Positions 37,362 to 49,493 are shown, numbered from the stretch's first letter. The stretch is DNA of 64,000 bases from Bacteroidota bacterium (GCA_024279425.1 JAJRRO010000133.1:20759-84758); one strand, 5' to 3'. Notes: generated from the letters alone by a model not told the origin. Numbers and translations: made by a program.

Positions 37362-37970
37362 TTCCAAGGCCGGTCTAAATAAATCGGCATATTTTCTGAT
37401 CATCTCCTGGTCAAATGTTTTTTCCTCATTTATCCTTCCAATACATTTTACCCTTGTCTTTTTAAGTATGATGCTTTCGGTCGTTGGGTGCACATTTCCA
37501 CTAAATAAAATAGAGACATCATATCCTTTAAGTTGCAACCAATTTATGGTCAATAGCGAATGGTTTATACTCCCTAAATAATGTCGGGAAACAACAATTA
37601 CCTTATAATTAGGCAAGATCAAATCCAAAATCGTATCGGTATCGTTCAGAGGCACTAGAAGTCCGCCTGCTCCTTCAATAATCAAATGATTGCTGGTTTC
37701 TGGTTCAAAAATCGTATTCACATCAATGGTAAGATCGTCGATTTCGGCAGCGGCATGAGGACTCATTGGGGAATTGAGCTCATAAGTGCATGGGTGGATT
37801 TTTGACTTATTATTAGAAATCAAACGCGCAACTTTGTGGCTATCTGTATTGTTCAATTCACCCGCTTGTACAGGTTTCCAATAATCGGCTGCGAGCGCTT
37901 CCATAATTATTGCCGATGCGATGGTCTTACCCACTTCGGTGGATATTCCTGTAACAAAGATTCGTTTCAT
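37353..37970 (-). CDS. bioD: ATP-dependent dethiobiotin synthetase
   Basis: P-loop GISTEVGKT plus a conserved BioD core. Confidence 0.9.
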   Translation of the reverse strand: MKRIFVTGISTEVGKTIASAIIMEALAADYWKPVQAGELNNTDSHKVARLISNNKSKIHPCTYELNSPMSPHAAAEIDDLTIDVNTIFEPETSNHLIIEGAGGLLVPLNDTDTILDLILPNYKVIVVSRHYLGSINHSLLTINWLQLKGYDVSILFSGNVHPTTESIILKKTRVKCIGRINEEKTFDQEMIRKYADLFRPALESL

Positions 37971-38004
37971 CTGCTTAATACGTTGGTTATGGTGTTATTT
38001 GGTC

Positions 38005-38397
38005 TTAATTGGGTCTAGAAATCATTCCACAATTAAGGCATTTGTACTTTCGCTTTTCAAAAAAAGGAAATAGTTTGAGAAATATGCCTTTGCGCGCATA
38101 ATAGCCTTCAGATTTTTTGGATTTGCAATTTGGGCAAACAATCGGGTTTCCGTTATCATCAACAGCATAGGTCCGTATCTCGTTGTAAATTTCCAAAGCC
38201 CTTTCCTTATGCTTGCTATATACCCTTAACTTGACCCCTCCGATGGCATAACTTATCAATGGGTCTGAATTCAGGGTATTTTCATCTTTAAGAAACACCG
38301 GGATTCCTTCCGATTCCAATTTTCCTCTGATTATTTGCACATCAGTAGGAAATTCGAATGAACCAATTGTATAAAATACATCTTCCATAGGCTTCAA
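38005..38397 (-). CDS. DUF2007 (putative signal-transducing, PII-like fold) domain fused to a C-terminal C4 zinc ribbon
   Basis: The DUF2007 pattern is present (GIPVFLKDEN...GGVKLRVYSKHKERALEIY). CPNC-x22-CLNC forms the zinc ribbon. Overlaps the bioF stop by 4 nt and lies 34 nt upstream of bioD. Confidence 0.6.
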   Translation of the reverse strand: MKPMEDVFYTIGSFEFPTDVQIIRGKLESEGIPVFLKDENTLNSDPLISYAIGGVKLRVYSKHKERALEIYNEIRTYAVDDNGNPIVCPNCKSKKSEGYYARKGIFLKLFPFFEKRKYKCLNCGMISRPN

Positions 38398-39545
38398 ACA
38401 TTTGAATGTAAAATTCCCAGCACTTCCTTGATTTCATCTGGGGTGTTGTACTCATGAAGACAAAATCGCAATCGTTCTTCATTTCTTGATACGGTTGGTG
38501 ATAAAATGGCCTTTACATGAAACCCTTTTTCATGAAACACTTGGGCAACTTTCTTTACATTCCCATTCCCAGGGATCTTGCAGCACTGTATTGCCGAATT
38601 ACTCGGAATAAATCTGGTGTCTAAATTCAATATACTTATTTGCTCCTTAAAAAACTTTATGTTTCCCGAAAGTCTTTGCTGGCTATCGGGTACCGACCCC
38701 AAATGCCTATAAACTTGTATTATGGTCGCAATTGAATGTGGAGGTAAGGCTGTTGTATAAATAAAGCTCCTAGCAAAATTGATTAAATAATTTCTCAAGC
38801 TTTCACTTCCCAGGATGGCCGCTCCATGACAGCCCATAGCCTTACCAAAGGTTACGATTCTCGCAAATATATGATCTTGCAACCCTAGTTTCTGAACAAG
38901 ACCTTTGCCCTTTTCTCCAACAACGCCAACGGCATGGGCTTCATCAATTACTAAATGAAAATCATTCACCCTGCAGTATTTGACCAATGTATTTAAATCC
39001 GGGGAATCACCATCCATTGAAAAAATAGATTCCGTGACCACATAGATTTCCCCATGAGTGGGATTCCTAGTTCCAAGAGCATTACATTTTTGGGCCAAAT
39101 CCTCCAAATCATTGTGCCTGAACTTATAGCTTTTGGCATTTCCCATGATGATGCCATCCCGAATACTTGCGTGTATGTATTCATCATAAAAAACCACATC
39201 GCCCCGTTGGGGAACTGAACCAAAAAAACCGATATTGGCATCGTAGCCAGAATTAAATACCAATGCCGAAGTAACTTCATGAAATTCTTTTAGCACATTC
39301 TCGAGCTGGCCATAAAGTGAATGATTCCCCGACAACAATCTGGATCCTGTCGCACCATTCTGATCAAAGCCTCCATTTTTAAGCAACTCCGAAGTGCTAT
39401 CGAATATTTTTTGGTTTTTTGACAGCCCCAAATAATCGTTAGATGAAAAGTCTACCAAAGTATTGGGAATCGGCAAATCTCTTAACGCATTTTCCTTGTC
39501 CCTATCGATAAGTTTCAATCGTAATTTCTTTGGGAAGCGCGCCAT
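38394..39545 (-). CDS. bioF: 8-amino-7-oxononanoate synthase
   Basis: Alpha-oxoamine synthase family. PLP-lysine motif TFGKAMG. Confidence 0.85.
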   Translation of the reverse strand: MARFPKKLRLKLIDRDKENALRDLPIPNTLVDFSSNDYLGLSKNQKIFDSTSELLKNGGFDQNGATGSRLLSGNHSLYGQLENVLKEFHEVTSALVFNSGYDANIGFFGSVPQRGDVVFYDEYIHASIRDGIIMGNAKSYKFRHNDLEDLAQKCNALGTRNPTHGEIYVVTESIFSMDGDSPDLNTLVKYCRVNDFHLVIDEAHAVGVVGEKGKGLVQKLGLQDHIFARIVTFGKAMGCHGAAILGSESLRNYLINFARSFIYTTALPPHSIATIIQVYRHLGSVPDSQQRLSGNIKFFKEQISILNLDTRFIPSNSAIQCCKIPGNGNVKKVAQVFHEKGFHVKAILSPTVSRNEERLRFCLHEYNTPDEIKEVLGILHSNV

Positions 39546-39708
39546 AAAACAAAAGTACTATTTACTCATTTAAATGCTATATTCGTGACAATAAACCTTT
39601 TTAAAATGAGAACCTTATTCATTCTTATTGCTTTACTATTATTCACCTTTATACCTGGACAACCATAAAGAAAGCAATAGAGAATGGAACCTAATTGTCC
39701 TGAAATAG

Positions 39709-39735
39709 AAAACGCCTCCCAATGGAAGGCGTTTT
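39709..39735 (-). terminator. Hairpin terminator downstream of atpC (possibly bidirectional)
   Basis: AAAACGCCTCC-caat-GGAAGGCGTTTT. Confidence 0.55.
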
Positions 39736-39763
39736 ACAACATATGTTTTTACTATCTATTAAT

Positions 39764-40045
39764 TTAGTCCGCCAAAACAATGACCTTGTTGTCTTTCATT
39801 TCAATCGTGCCACTATTTATCGCCAAGATTGTTCTACCCTTGCCATCTTTTAAAAATTTACTTTCAAACTCTTCTTCAATCATAACATCATCACCATCAA
39901 CAATGACATTGCCATTTTGAAGCAATGATACTACAGGTGCGTGATCTTTAAGCATTTGAAACTCTCCATTGATACCGGGAACCGTAACTGATTTTACTTC
40001 TCCTGAAAATAAGGTTGCTTCTGGCGATACGATTTCTAAATACAT
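39764..40045 (-). CDS. atpC: F0F1 ATP synthase epsilon subunit
   Basis: MYLEIVSPEATLFSGEVKSVTVPGINGEF fits the epsilon N-terminal beta-sandwich consensus. Downstream of atpD. Confidence 0.85.
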   Translation of the reverse strand: MYLEIVSPEATLFSGEVKSVTVPGINGEFQMLKDHAPVVSLLQNGNVIVDGDDVMIEEEFESKFLKDGKGRTILAINSGTIEMKDNKVIVLAD

Positions 40046-40119
40046 TCTATTTTTAGTTTGCTGTTGGCAGTTGGTGTTAGCAGTAATTGAATACTGAAAA
40101 CTGATTACTGCCTACTGAA

Positions 40120-41646
<1,527 letters not shown>

Positions 41647-41744
41647 TTAGTATTTTGATATCTAAAAATCAGGACCTAACGCCCTTTGTTTTTCAGGCTG
41701 CAAAGATATGTTTTTCAATTTTAAATTGAAATGGATTTCCCTCC

Positions 41745-41784
41745 TTTTTTAAAAAAGAAAAAAGACGCATATAAATGCGCCTTT
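41745..41784 (-). terminator. Terminator for the TonB-dependent receptor gene
   Basis: Minus-strand AAAGGCGCATTTATATGCGTCTTT hairpin followed by TTTTTTCTTTTTTAAAAAA. Confidence 0.55.
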
Positions 41785-41808
41785 CTTGTATCCTATAGCC
41801 TGTTTAAT

Positions 41809-44586
41809 CTAGTTGTTGATTGTCCAAGAAAGATAGTATTGTGCCCCTATAAATCCTGTCCCGACAGCGGTGGTGTATTCGTCACCCAACAAGTTTGCCG
41901 CACCAACTTTAAATATAGACTTAATACCGGGAACGGTAAGATTAACTTGTGCATCCAATACGCTGAAAGAAGGTATTTGCCCTGTTGCAAATGAATTTTG
42001 CCACAAAAATCCATCCGTCCATCTATAGTTTATGTTAAAGCCGAAATTCTTGAAAAGTTCCGCATTGCCAAAAGAAGCCTTAACCTTATGCTTTGGTGTA
42101 TTGAACTGCGGTTGAAAATCTGGATCAGAAGCCTGATCAAAGTCAAAATCGGAAAAAGTATAATTAACCCCAAAATCAAAATTGCCAAATACCCTAGCCT
42201 CAATTCCTGCGGTCACCCCGTATGAAGTAATATCCGCTAATGAATTGGTATACGCATTAAATGGTTGAAAATCCCCGTTTTGGAGTGCCAGCAAAGACAG
42301 AGCTCCATCACCTGCTTGCCCATATTTAGGTGCCAGTACAATTTTTTGAGAAATAAAATCTTCATAGTCGTTATAATAACCACTAATATCAATTACTACT
42401 TTCCCAATCTGTCCTCTATACCCCAATTCAAGTGCTGTGACTTTCTCAGGTTTGACCAAAGCTGTATTAACTGCCTCTGGAGCACCTGCTTCTACCGAAC
42501 TTTGGGAAAAAGCATTTTCATATGCAGCTCTACCTGTCATAGTTACCATATCTGAGCCCACAATGGCCGCACCATTGGTAGACACCGGAACATCAACTAC
42601 ATACCTATCAAGATTATCCTCCGCTGACCCAACTAACAGTGCTCTACCGGCATTTAATCCTATGTATAGATCTTGGGTCGTTGGATTTCTAAATCCGGTT
42701 TGGAATGATCCTCTAAAATTATGGTTTCTATTTTCACCTGCGGTATAGGTCAATGATGCCCTAGGGGAAACAAAACCTTCGAATAATTCATTTTTATCAT
42801 AACGAACGGACCCAGTAAATTTGAAACGTTCATCCATGAATTTTTTCTGGATTTGGGTATACAATCCGTACTCTTCGTAAGGTATAGACCCATCAGTATC
42901 CGTAAATATGGTTCCACTGGAATTCAACTCGTACTCCCGATACGAACCTCCTATTTGTATATCCGCAAAATCTTTGGTCAAATGACTGAAATTATAATTG
43001 GCCTCTACATGACGTAATTTGGTATTGTCAATGAATCTTGCACCTGTGGTCAAATCACCATTCGCAATTACAGAATTGAATGCGCTTTGGAACTCTGGTG
43101 TTCCCGGTATCAATCTACCTTGATCAGCAGCTGCCCTTGCCGCAGCATGCGCGGTGGCATCATCTAATTGCACCCCAGTTCCCACACCTAATTTGGCACC
43201 TATGTATGTGCGGGCGTAATCCCCAAACCAAGAAGCCTCACTTGGGTCGTTCGGGTTAGGGGCATCTCTTTTCCAACTTCTATTTACATTTATTGCAGCG
43301 AATCTGGTGTCATATGAATCCCCTGCATCTTCAGTAGTTTTATAGGCCCTTACAAAGAAGTTGTCATTTTTAATCTCCAATTTTTGCTGTTGTAATGAAA
43401 AATTATCAATATAATATCTGTTGGCACCTTGATAAATAGTTGATCCCATTCCAATTCTATAGTTATATATAATCTCAACATCATTGGCAAAAGGTCTGTA
43501 ATGAACTGCTCCATCAAACTTAACACTCTCCGCGTCGTAACTGTTCAAATCTCGCTCAGCATAACCTGTCCGTGAAACCAATGCCGAGCCTACAGTTCCT
43601 GAAGGCAATCCCCCCAAGGCATCAAAATTCAATACCGTGGAAACCTCGTCACCGTAAACGTTGAGTCCATCATATGCAGGGTTAACCCTAGTTGCCCCAG
43701 GATTATTCAAATCTTCTTCATTCACCGCATACCAATCGGTACCTTGCATAAATGATAAACTAGCCTTAACTGCAAATTTATCGCTAAAAGCATGCGCAGC
43801 CCTAATTCCAACATCATGGTAGTCATTATCCCCAGCAGCCTCCTGAGAGGTGATTCCCGTTTTAAAATAACTGCTTATGCCTTGAAAATCAAAAGGACTT
43901 TTACTTCTCATAAATAGAATACCATTGAAGGCATTTGCACCATAAAGAGCCGAGGAGGCACCAGGAAGAATCTCAACGCTCAGAACGTCCAAATCGTTCA
44001 TTCCCACCAAATTTCCCAATACAAAGTTCAATGCGGGCGAGGAGTTGTCCATACCATCTACCAGTTGCATGAAACGCGTATTGGCAAAACTTGCAAAACC
44101 TCTTGTATTAATGGATTGGAATGTTAGACTATTCGTATTTACATCTACCCCTTTCAAATTTTCAAGGCCTCCATAGAAGGAAGCCGAAGCCGTGTTCTGT
44201 ATTTCTTTAAGACCAAAACGTTCCACAGAAACCGGGGATTCAAACAGACGTTCCGGCGTCCTTGAAGCGGAAAGTATTATTTCATCCAAGATGGTCTGTA
44301 CCTCTGCAATCACAATGGTAATATTTTGATTATTGGAGGTGATTTCTGCTTGTGCATCAGAATAGCCAATGCTGGATATTCTTAATTGAAATGGGGGAGT
44401 TTCTGAAGTTTGCAATGTGAAATTACCATCAAAATCAGATACTGCACCTATTGCTTTTCCAACAATAACCACATTTGCCCCAGGCACGGGTTCATTATTT
44501 TGATCAACGACATTTCCAGTAATCGTTGTTTGGGCAAAAGCACACGTACCCAATATCATCAAGGATAAAAATTGTAGTTTTCTCAT
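41809..44586 (-). CDS. TonB-dependent receptor with an N-terminal carboxypeptidase-D-like regulatory domain
   Basis: Signal peptide, CarbopepD_reg (TITGNVVDQNNEPVPGANVVIVG), plug and 22-strand barrel. 925 aa. No SusD-like gene adjacent. Confidence 0.85.
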   Translation of the reverse strand: MRKLQFLSLMILGTCAFAQTTITGNVVDQNNEPVPGANVVIVGKAIGAVSDFDGNFTLQTSETPPFQLRISSIGYSDAQAEITSNNQNITIVIAEVQTILDEIILSASRTPERLFESPVSVERFGLKEIQNTASASFYGGLENLKGVDVNTNSLTFQSINTRGFASFANTRFMQLVDGMDNSSPALNFVLGNLVGMNDLDVLSVEILPGASSALYGANAFNGILFMRSKSPFDFQGISSYFKTGITSQEAAGDNDYHDVGIRAAHAFSDKFAVKASLSFMQGTDWYAVNEEDLNNPGATRVNPAYDGLNVYGDEVSTVLNFDALGGLPSGTVGSALVSRTGYAERDLNSYDAESVKFDGAVHYRPFANDVEIIYNYRIGMGSTIYQGANRYYIDNFSLQQQKLEIKNDNFFVRAYKTTEDAGDSYDTRFAAINVNRSWKRDAPNPNDPSEASWFGDYARTYIGAKLGVGTGVQLDDATAHAAARAAADQGRLIPGTPEFQSAFNSVIANGDLTTGARFIDNTKLRHVEANYNFSHLTKDFADIQIGGSYREYELNSSGTIFTDTDGSIPYEEYGLYTQIQKKFMDERFKFTGSVRYDKNELFEGFVSPRASLTYTAGENRNHNFRGSFQTGFRNPTTQDLYIGLNAGRALLVGSAEDNLDRYVVDVPVSTNGAAIVGSDMVTMTGRAAYENAFSQSSVEAGAPEAVNTALVKPEKVTALELGYRGQIGKVVIDISGYYNDYEDFISQKIVLAPKYGQAGDGALSLLALQNGDFQPFNAYTNSLADITSYGVTAGIEARVFGNFDFGVNYTFSDFDFDQASDPDFQPQFNTPKHKVKASFGNAELFKNFGFNINYRWTDGFLWQNSFATGQIPSFSVLDAQVNLTVPGIKSIFKVGAANLLGDEYTTAVGTGFIGAQYYLSWTINN

Positions 44587-44727
44587 TACAGCTGTGAGTT
44601 AAATTAGTTCATTAGACAAGATACAGATTTTTTTAAATCGGTAATGGAAAAATAGCAAAAACTATGCATGCATAGCATTATTTGGTCATTAATTGCAATA
44701 AAAAATACACAATCTCTAATAATCAAA

Positions 44728-44766
44728 TAAAAAGGGCCATGATATTAATCATGGCCCTTTTTATTT
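44728..44766 (-). terminator. Bidirectional hairpin terminator downstream of glmS
   Basis: AAAGGGCCATGAT-attaa-TCATGGCCCTTT flanked by A-runs and T-runs. Confidence 0.7.
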
Positions 44767-44781
44767 GATTTAGTATACTAA

Positions 44782-46629
44782 CTACTCCACGGTCACTGAT
44801 TTCGCCAAGTTTCTTGGCTGATCCACATTACAATTTCTCATAACGGCTATGTGATATGATAATAATTGCAACGGTATTGTGGTCACTAGTGGCGATAAAC
44901 TTTCCGAGGTTTCCGGAATCTCAACAACATGGTCGGCCAATTGGGTCACTTGCTCGTCCCCTTCTGTGACAATGGCGATGATCTTGCCCTTTCTGGATTT
45001 TATCTCTTGTATATTACTAACAATTTTTTCATAATGCCCTTTTTTTGTAGCGATTACAACAACTGGCATTTGTTCATCAATCAGGGCAATTGGTCCATGT
45101 TTCATTTCCGCTGCAGGATAACCTTCTGCATGGATATAACTAATTTCCTTTAATTTTAATGCTCCCTCAAGAGCAACTGGGAAATTATAACCTCTCCCCA
45201 AATAAAGACAGTTTGGAGAATCTTTATACACATCAGCGATGATTTCGATCAATGCATTAGACTCCAAAGCCTTTTTCACTTTAGAAGGGATGGTCTCGAG
45301 TTCAGTCAAAACCTCATGGAACTGAGATTCTGAAAACTCCCCTTTTTCCTTGGCCAATTTAAGTGCCAACAATGTTAGAACGGTAATTTGAGTTGTAAAT
45401 GCCTTTGTTGAGGCAACACCTATTTCCGGTCCGGCATGGGTATATGCACCTGCGTCTGTCTCTCTGGCGATAGAGGATCCCACAACGTTACAGACCCCAA
45501 AAACAAAAGCACCTTTTTCCTTGGCCAATTTGATAGCGGCCAAAGTATCCGCTGTTTCACCTGATTGGGAAATCGCAATTATCACGTCTTTATCTGTAAT
45601 AACAGGATTTCTATATCGGAATTCTGATGCATACTCCACCTCAACCGGGATTCGTGCCAAGTCCTCAAAAATGTACTCGGCCACCAATCCCGCATGCCAT
45701 GACGTACCACAGGCAACTATAATTATTCTATTTGCATTGAGGAATTTTTCCAGATTCTGATCAACTCCTGCCATTTTAATAAGTCCTTGATCGGCTAAAA
45801 GTCTACCTCTATACGTATCCAAAATTGCTCTGGGCTGTTCATAGATCTCCTTCAGCATAAAATGATCATACCCCCCTTTCTCAATCTCCTCAAGATTCAT
45901 TTGAAGTTCCAGGATATTGGGATAGGCTACTGCATCATTTTGAATTTTTCTTAACTTTATTTCTTTCCCCAATCTAATAATAGCCATCTCTTCGTCCTTT
46001 AAATAAACGGCATTGTTCGTAAACTCTATAAAAGGAGAGGCATCAGAGGCAATAAAAAATTCATTTTCCCCTATCCCAATTGCTAAAGGACTTCCCAATT
46101 TTGCAACTACAATTTCGTCAGGCTTCTTTATGTCAAAAACAGCAATGGCATACGCTCCTACCACTTGATTAAGTGCAATCTGAACTGCTTGTCCCAGCAT
46201 TACATCTTCTGTCTTTTGCACCTCTTCAATAAGGTTGACCAAAACCTCTGTATCGGTGTCAGAAGTAAAAGTGTAACCGCGTTCAGTCAAAGCTTTTTTA
46301 ATGGACTCATAATTTTCGATGATTCCATTATGGATAATGACCAAATCTCCGGAGTTCGAATAATGGGGATGAGAATTCACATCATTGGGAACACCATGTG
46401 TTGCCCATCTTGTATGACCTATACCCAAATTCCCTTCTAAAGAAATGGTAGATTTACTTTTGTTTCTTAAATCCTCAACCTTTCCTTTAGTTTTAGATAA
46501 GTTGATATCCGTACCATCATACAAAGCGATACCTGCACTGTCATAACCTCTGTACTCCAATCGCTGTAACCCTTTAACGATAATGGGATAAGCATCACGA
46601 TATCCTATATATCCTACAATTCCACACAT
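44782..46629 (-). CDS. glmS: Glutamine--fructose-6-phosphate aminotransferase
   Basis: MCGIVGYIG N-terminal nucleophile, tandem SIS domains, C-terminal VE. Confidence 0.97.
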   Translation of the reverse strand: MCGIVGYIGYRDAYPIIVKGLQRLEYRGYDSAGIALYDGTDINLSKTKGKVEDLRNKSKSTISLEGNLGIGHTRWATHGVPNDVNSHPHYSNSGDLVIIHNGIIENYESIKKALTERGYTFTSDTDTEVLVNLIEEVQKTEDVMLGQAVQIALNQVVGAYAIAVFDIKKPDEIVVAKLGSPLAIGIGENEFFIASDASPFIEFTNNAVYLKDEEMAIIRLGKEIKLRKIQNDAVAYPNILELQMNLEEIEKGGYDHFMLKEIYEQPRAILDTYRGRLLADQGLIKMAGVDQNLEKFLNANRIIIVACGTSWHAGLVAEYIFEDLARIPVEVEYASEFRYRNPVITDKDVIIAISQSGETADTLAAIKLAKEKGAFVFGVCNVVGSSIARETDAGAYTHAGPEIGVASTKAFTTQITVLTLLALKLAKEKGEFSESQFHEVLTELETIPSKVKKALESNALIEIIADVYKDSPNCLYLGRGYNFPVALEGALKLKEISYIHAEGYPAAEMKHGPIALIDEQMPVVVIATKKGHYEKIVSNIQEIKSRKGKIIAIVTEGDEQVTQLADHVVEIPETSESLSPLVTTIPLQLLSYHIAVMRNCNVDQPRNLAKSVTVE

Positions 46630-46815
46630 AATACTTTGATTGTTAGATTACTCCTAATTCTTGTCGGTAACAAATTTATCAGGAATAAATTCAAAAAGAC
46701 TCAATTCTCGGCTGTAAAACCTCAAAATTCCGTAAGTGGTATGTCATGCAGGGTTAAATACCATAGAAAAACCAATTTGAGGATGACAAAGACTAAATCA
46801 TCCTTAGGGAAACTA

Positions 46816-48678
46816 CTAATTTGTTTCGGTGTAGAAAATTTCTAATTTTAGCTTAAAATCCTCTTCTTCAGCCGAAACGGAACTACCATAAAGAACGGTT
46901 CCTAAAGGGCTTAAGGTTGGTGTAACCGGGATATCCATTTCACCGTCACTGAACATGGCATTCGAAGCTCCAATAAATTCAATATCCGGGGTAATTGACA
47001 AACCTAATTTTGCATTTGTAGAATCTCTAATAATGATGTCATTGATATGGTCCGTAATTCTGACCTTATATTTTTCTCCTTTACCATCCGATGATTTTTG
47101 AACTATTCCGTCGTAATTAAGAAAAAGGCCAAATAGTGGTACTGAATTTTGATCGGAATTTTCTGTACTTACATTTATCAACGGGGCTTTGGTTTCCGCA
47201 TTATGCAAATATAATCTTGGAGGTTCAATCACAGTCCCAGCATTGTCAAGCGCACTACGGTCTACATAAAAAATTAGATTGGCCTCATTTATGATCCAAT
47301 TTTCAGCTTTGATTTGATTTACAAATTCAACACCATCTTCTTCATCTTCTGCAAAAAGCCTTATCTCAGTATACGTACCTGCCCCACCTTTTACATAAAT
47401 CCTGGAGGCGTTATCCTGAACATTCATGGCATTACTGATCACTGCAGGAAACGCATCATTGATAAAAGTATTTACCGCATTGCCTCTGAGCAATCCATCT
47501 AACCCCTGCTGCAACATCGAAAGTTCGAATTCAGCTTCAACTTGCTCTACCCCATCATCAGAAGCATCATCGGTCGTGTCATTATTATCAAAAATATCAT
47601 AGTCGTAGACCACTGTGATTTTAGCCTCCTTAATATCCAATAATATCATTACATCATCAGAAATCGAAGATATGGAAAGGTGGACCCCCCGCATAAACTC
47701 ATTGAAATTAGCTTGACTTACAAATTCAGACCCTCCTTCTTTGTCGATTATATTTTCCTGAAAGAAGTCTGTGTCTAGAGACACTCTAATACCGGGTTGG
47801 ATTCTTTTGAAAGTCTTCGATTCATCAACATCTTCAGTTGAAAGATCATCGTCTTGCTCAATTAAAAACTGTTCATCGTCAATAACCACTTCACCTTCGA
47901 ACAAAACATCGGACACAAAGCTTGGGGAAAATTGTTGTGAGGAAAAATATTCCTGGGCTTCTTGAAAATTCGTATTCGGGTCCAAATCCCTTAAAAAATA
48001 AGTGGACCGCTCTACTTTCAAGTTAAATGAGGCCACCATATCTTTCTTAAAAACAGTGCTATTAACGTAAATACTGTCTAAATCTATTCTCTGGGCAAAA
48101 TTATTCACCACGAAATCTTCATCATCAACAGAGTCATCGACCAACGGATTCGTACCGTTTATACGCTCCTGATTATCAGTAAAACCATCTCCATCTGTAT
48201 CACTATTGGAATCCTCAGGGTCTGCATCGAATTCGTTAATCAAACCATCCCCGTCTTTATCTCCTCTTGGGTTGGTCAAATATGGAATATAAAGAAACAC
48301 TTCCGTGACTATTTCATTCTCTTGAATGGTACTTTCGTTCCCATCATCTTCCGAGCTGTCTTCAACAGCTTGGGAAAACCTTCCGAAAACAGGTCTTGCC
48401 GAAGGCAGTAGTAACTGAGATGTTATACGAGCTTCAGTCTTTCCATATACGGGGTCATTGAAAATGCCCAATTGGTAATGGGGCAATTTATTCGTCCTTA
48501 CCGCTTCAATTTTCTTATTATAAGCAAATACATCATAGACCGCTTTATCTGTATTGAAAGCTTCTCCTCCAATTACCTCCGCTCCAATCGTTGAAATCTC
48601 ATCTTCACACGAAACGAAAACAACAAAAAGTAAAATTCCTGTAAGAACAGGAAAATTAAATCTCTTAAAAAAACTCAT
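46816..48678 (-). CDS. DUF4270-family lipoprotein with Asp-rich calcium-binding-like repeats
   Basis: Lipobox FVSCEDE. DxDGDG repeats. The family is commonly encoded beside the short glycogen synthase in Bacteroidota. Confidence 0.6.
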   Translation of the reverse strand: MSFFKRFNFPVLTGILLFVVFVSCEDEISTIGAEVIGGEAFNTDKAVYDVFAYNKKIEAVRTNKLPHYQLGIFNDPVYGKTEARITSQLLLPSARPVFGRFSQAVEDSSEDDGNESTIQENEIVTEVFLYIPYLTNPRGDKDGDGLINEFDADPEDSNSDTDGDGFTDNQERINGTNPLVDDSVDDEDFVVNNFAQRIDLDSIYVNSTVFKKDMVASFNLKVERSTYFLRDLDPNTNFQEAQEYFSSQQFSPSFVSDVLFEGEVVIDDEQFLIEQDDDLSTEDVDESKTFKRIQPGIRVSLDTDFFQENIIDKEGGSEFVSQANFNEFMRGVHLSISSISDDVMILLDIKEAKITVVYDYDIFDNNDTTDDASDDGVEQVEAEFELSMLQQGLDGLLRGNAVNTFINDAFPAVISNAMNVQDNASRIYVKGGAGTYTEIRLFAEDEEDGVEFVNQIKAENWIINEANLIFYVDRSALDNAGTVIEPPRLYLHNAETKAPLINVSTENSDQNSVPLFGLFLNYDGIVQKSSDGKGEKYKVRITDHINDIIIRDSTNAKLGLSITPDIEFIGASNAMFSDGEMDIPVTPTLSPLGTVLYGSSVSAEEEDFKLKLEIFYTETN

Positions 48679-48683
48679 TTAGA

Positions 48684-49493
48684 TTATTTTAAAACTTCTG
48701 TGTTATAAAAATTAGCATATGCTTCTTCAAAACCTTGTAAAGGAACATATGGCAACACGGGTTTTTGGAGGTTGGATATATGGTTTTGTAAATCTTCTGA
48801 AATTTCTTCCGCCGCTAAAATAATAGCATCAGAGAAATTTACCGCTATTTTTAACAAATTATTATAGTTAGGTTCATTTAGAACACTGACACTCTCTTCA
48901 GAAACGCCATCGAAAACTATTTTCTTAATCATTCCCTTATCTAATTCACCTTCAAATCCTTGACCATAAACAGAGGTAACTATCTTGCTGTCGGCAAATA
49001 AGGGCTCATCTGCATAGTATTTCTTCAGGTAAAGGGGCAAAAGTGAAGCCATCCATCCATGAACATGGATAATATCAGGAGACCAGTTTAATTTCTTGAC
49101 CGTTTCAACAACTCCCTTCGCAAAGAAAATTGCGCGCTGGTCATTATCATCAAAAAGATTGCCATCTACATCCGTAAATGTGGCTTTTCTTTTAAAGTAC
49201 TCTTCATTGTCAATAAAATATACCTGTATGCGCTCTTTAGGAATTGAGGCCACCTTAATTATCAAAGGCATGTCCATATCATTAATGACAAGGTTCATCC
49301 CGGAAAGACGAATAACTTCATGCAACTGATGCCTGCGCTCATTGATGTTTCCATATCTCGGCATAAAAATCCTTATCTGGCCACCATTGCTGTTGACCAT
49401 TCTTGGGGCTTCGTATGACATTAATGAAACTTCGTTCTCTGGGAGGTAAGGGACTAATTCTGAAGATACGAACAATATCTTTTTACCATTCAT
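48684..49493 (-). CDS. Short glycogen/starch synthase-like protein (GT5 N-terminal catalytic domain only)
   Basis: MNGKKILFVSSELVPY and HVHGWMASLLP match the Glyco_transf_5 domain. At 269 aa the C-terminal GT1 domain is absent. Confidence 0.7.
   Translation of the reverse strand: MNGKKILFVSSELVPYLPENEVSLMSYEAPRMVNSNGGQIRIFMPRYGNINERRHQLHEVIRLSGMNLVINDMDMPLIIKVASIPKERIQVYFIDNEEYFKRKATFTDVDGNLFDDNDQRAIFFAKGVVETVKKLNWSPDIIHVHGWMASLLPLYLKKYYADEPLFADSKIVTSVYGQGFEGELDKGMIKKIVFDGVSEESVSVLNEPNYNNLLKIAVNFSDAIILAAEEISEDLQNHISNLQKPVLPYVPLQGFEEAYANFYNTEVLK

Noticed and set aside
46630-46815. glmS ribozyme upstream of glmS
   Set aside because: No glmS-ribozyme core sequence was seen. Bacteroidota generally lack it. 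Only a short hairpin (AGGATGA/TCATCCT) is present.
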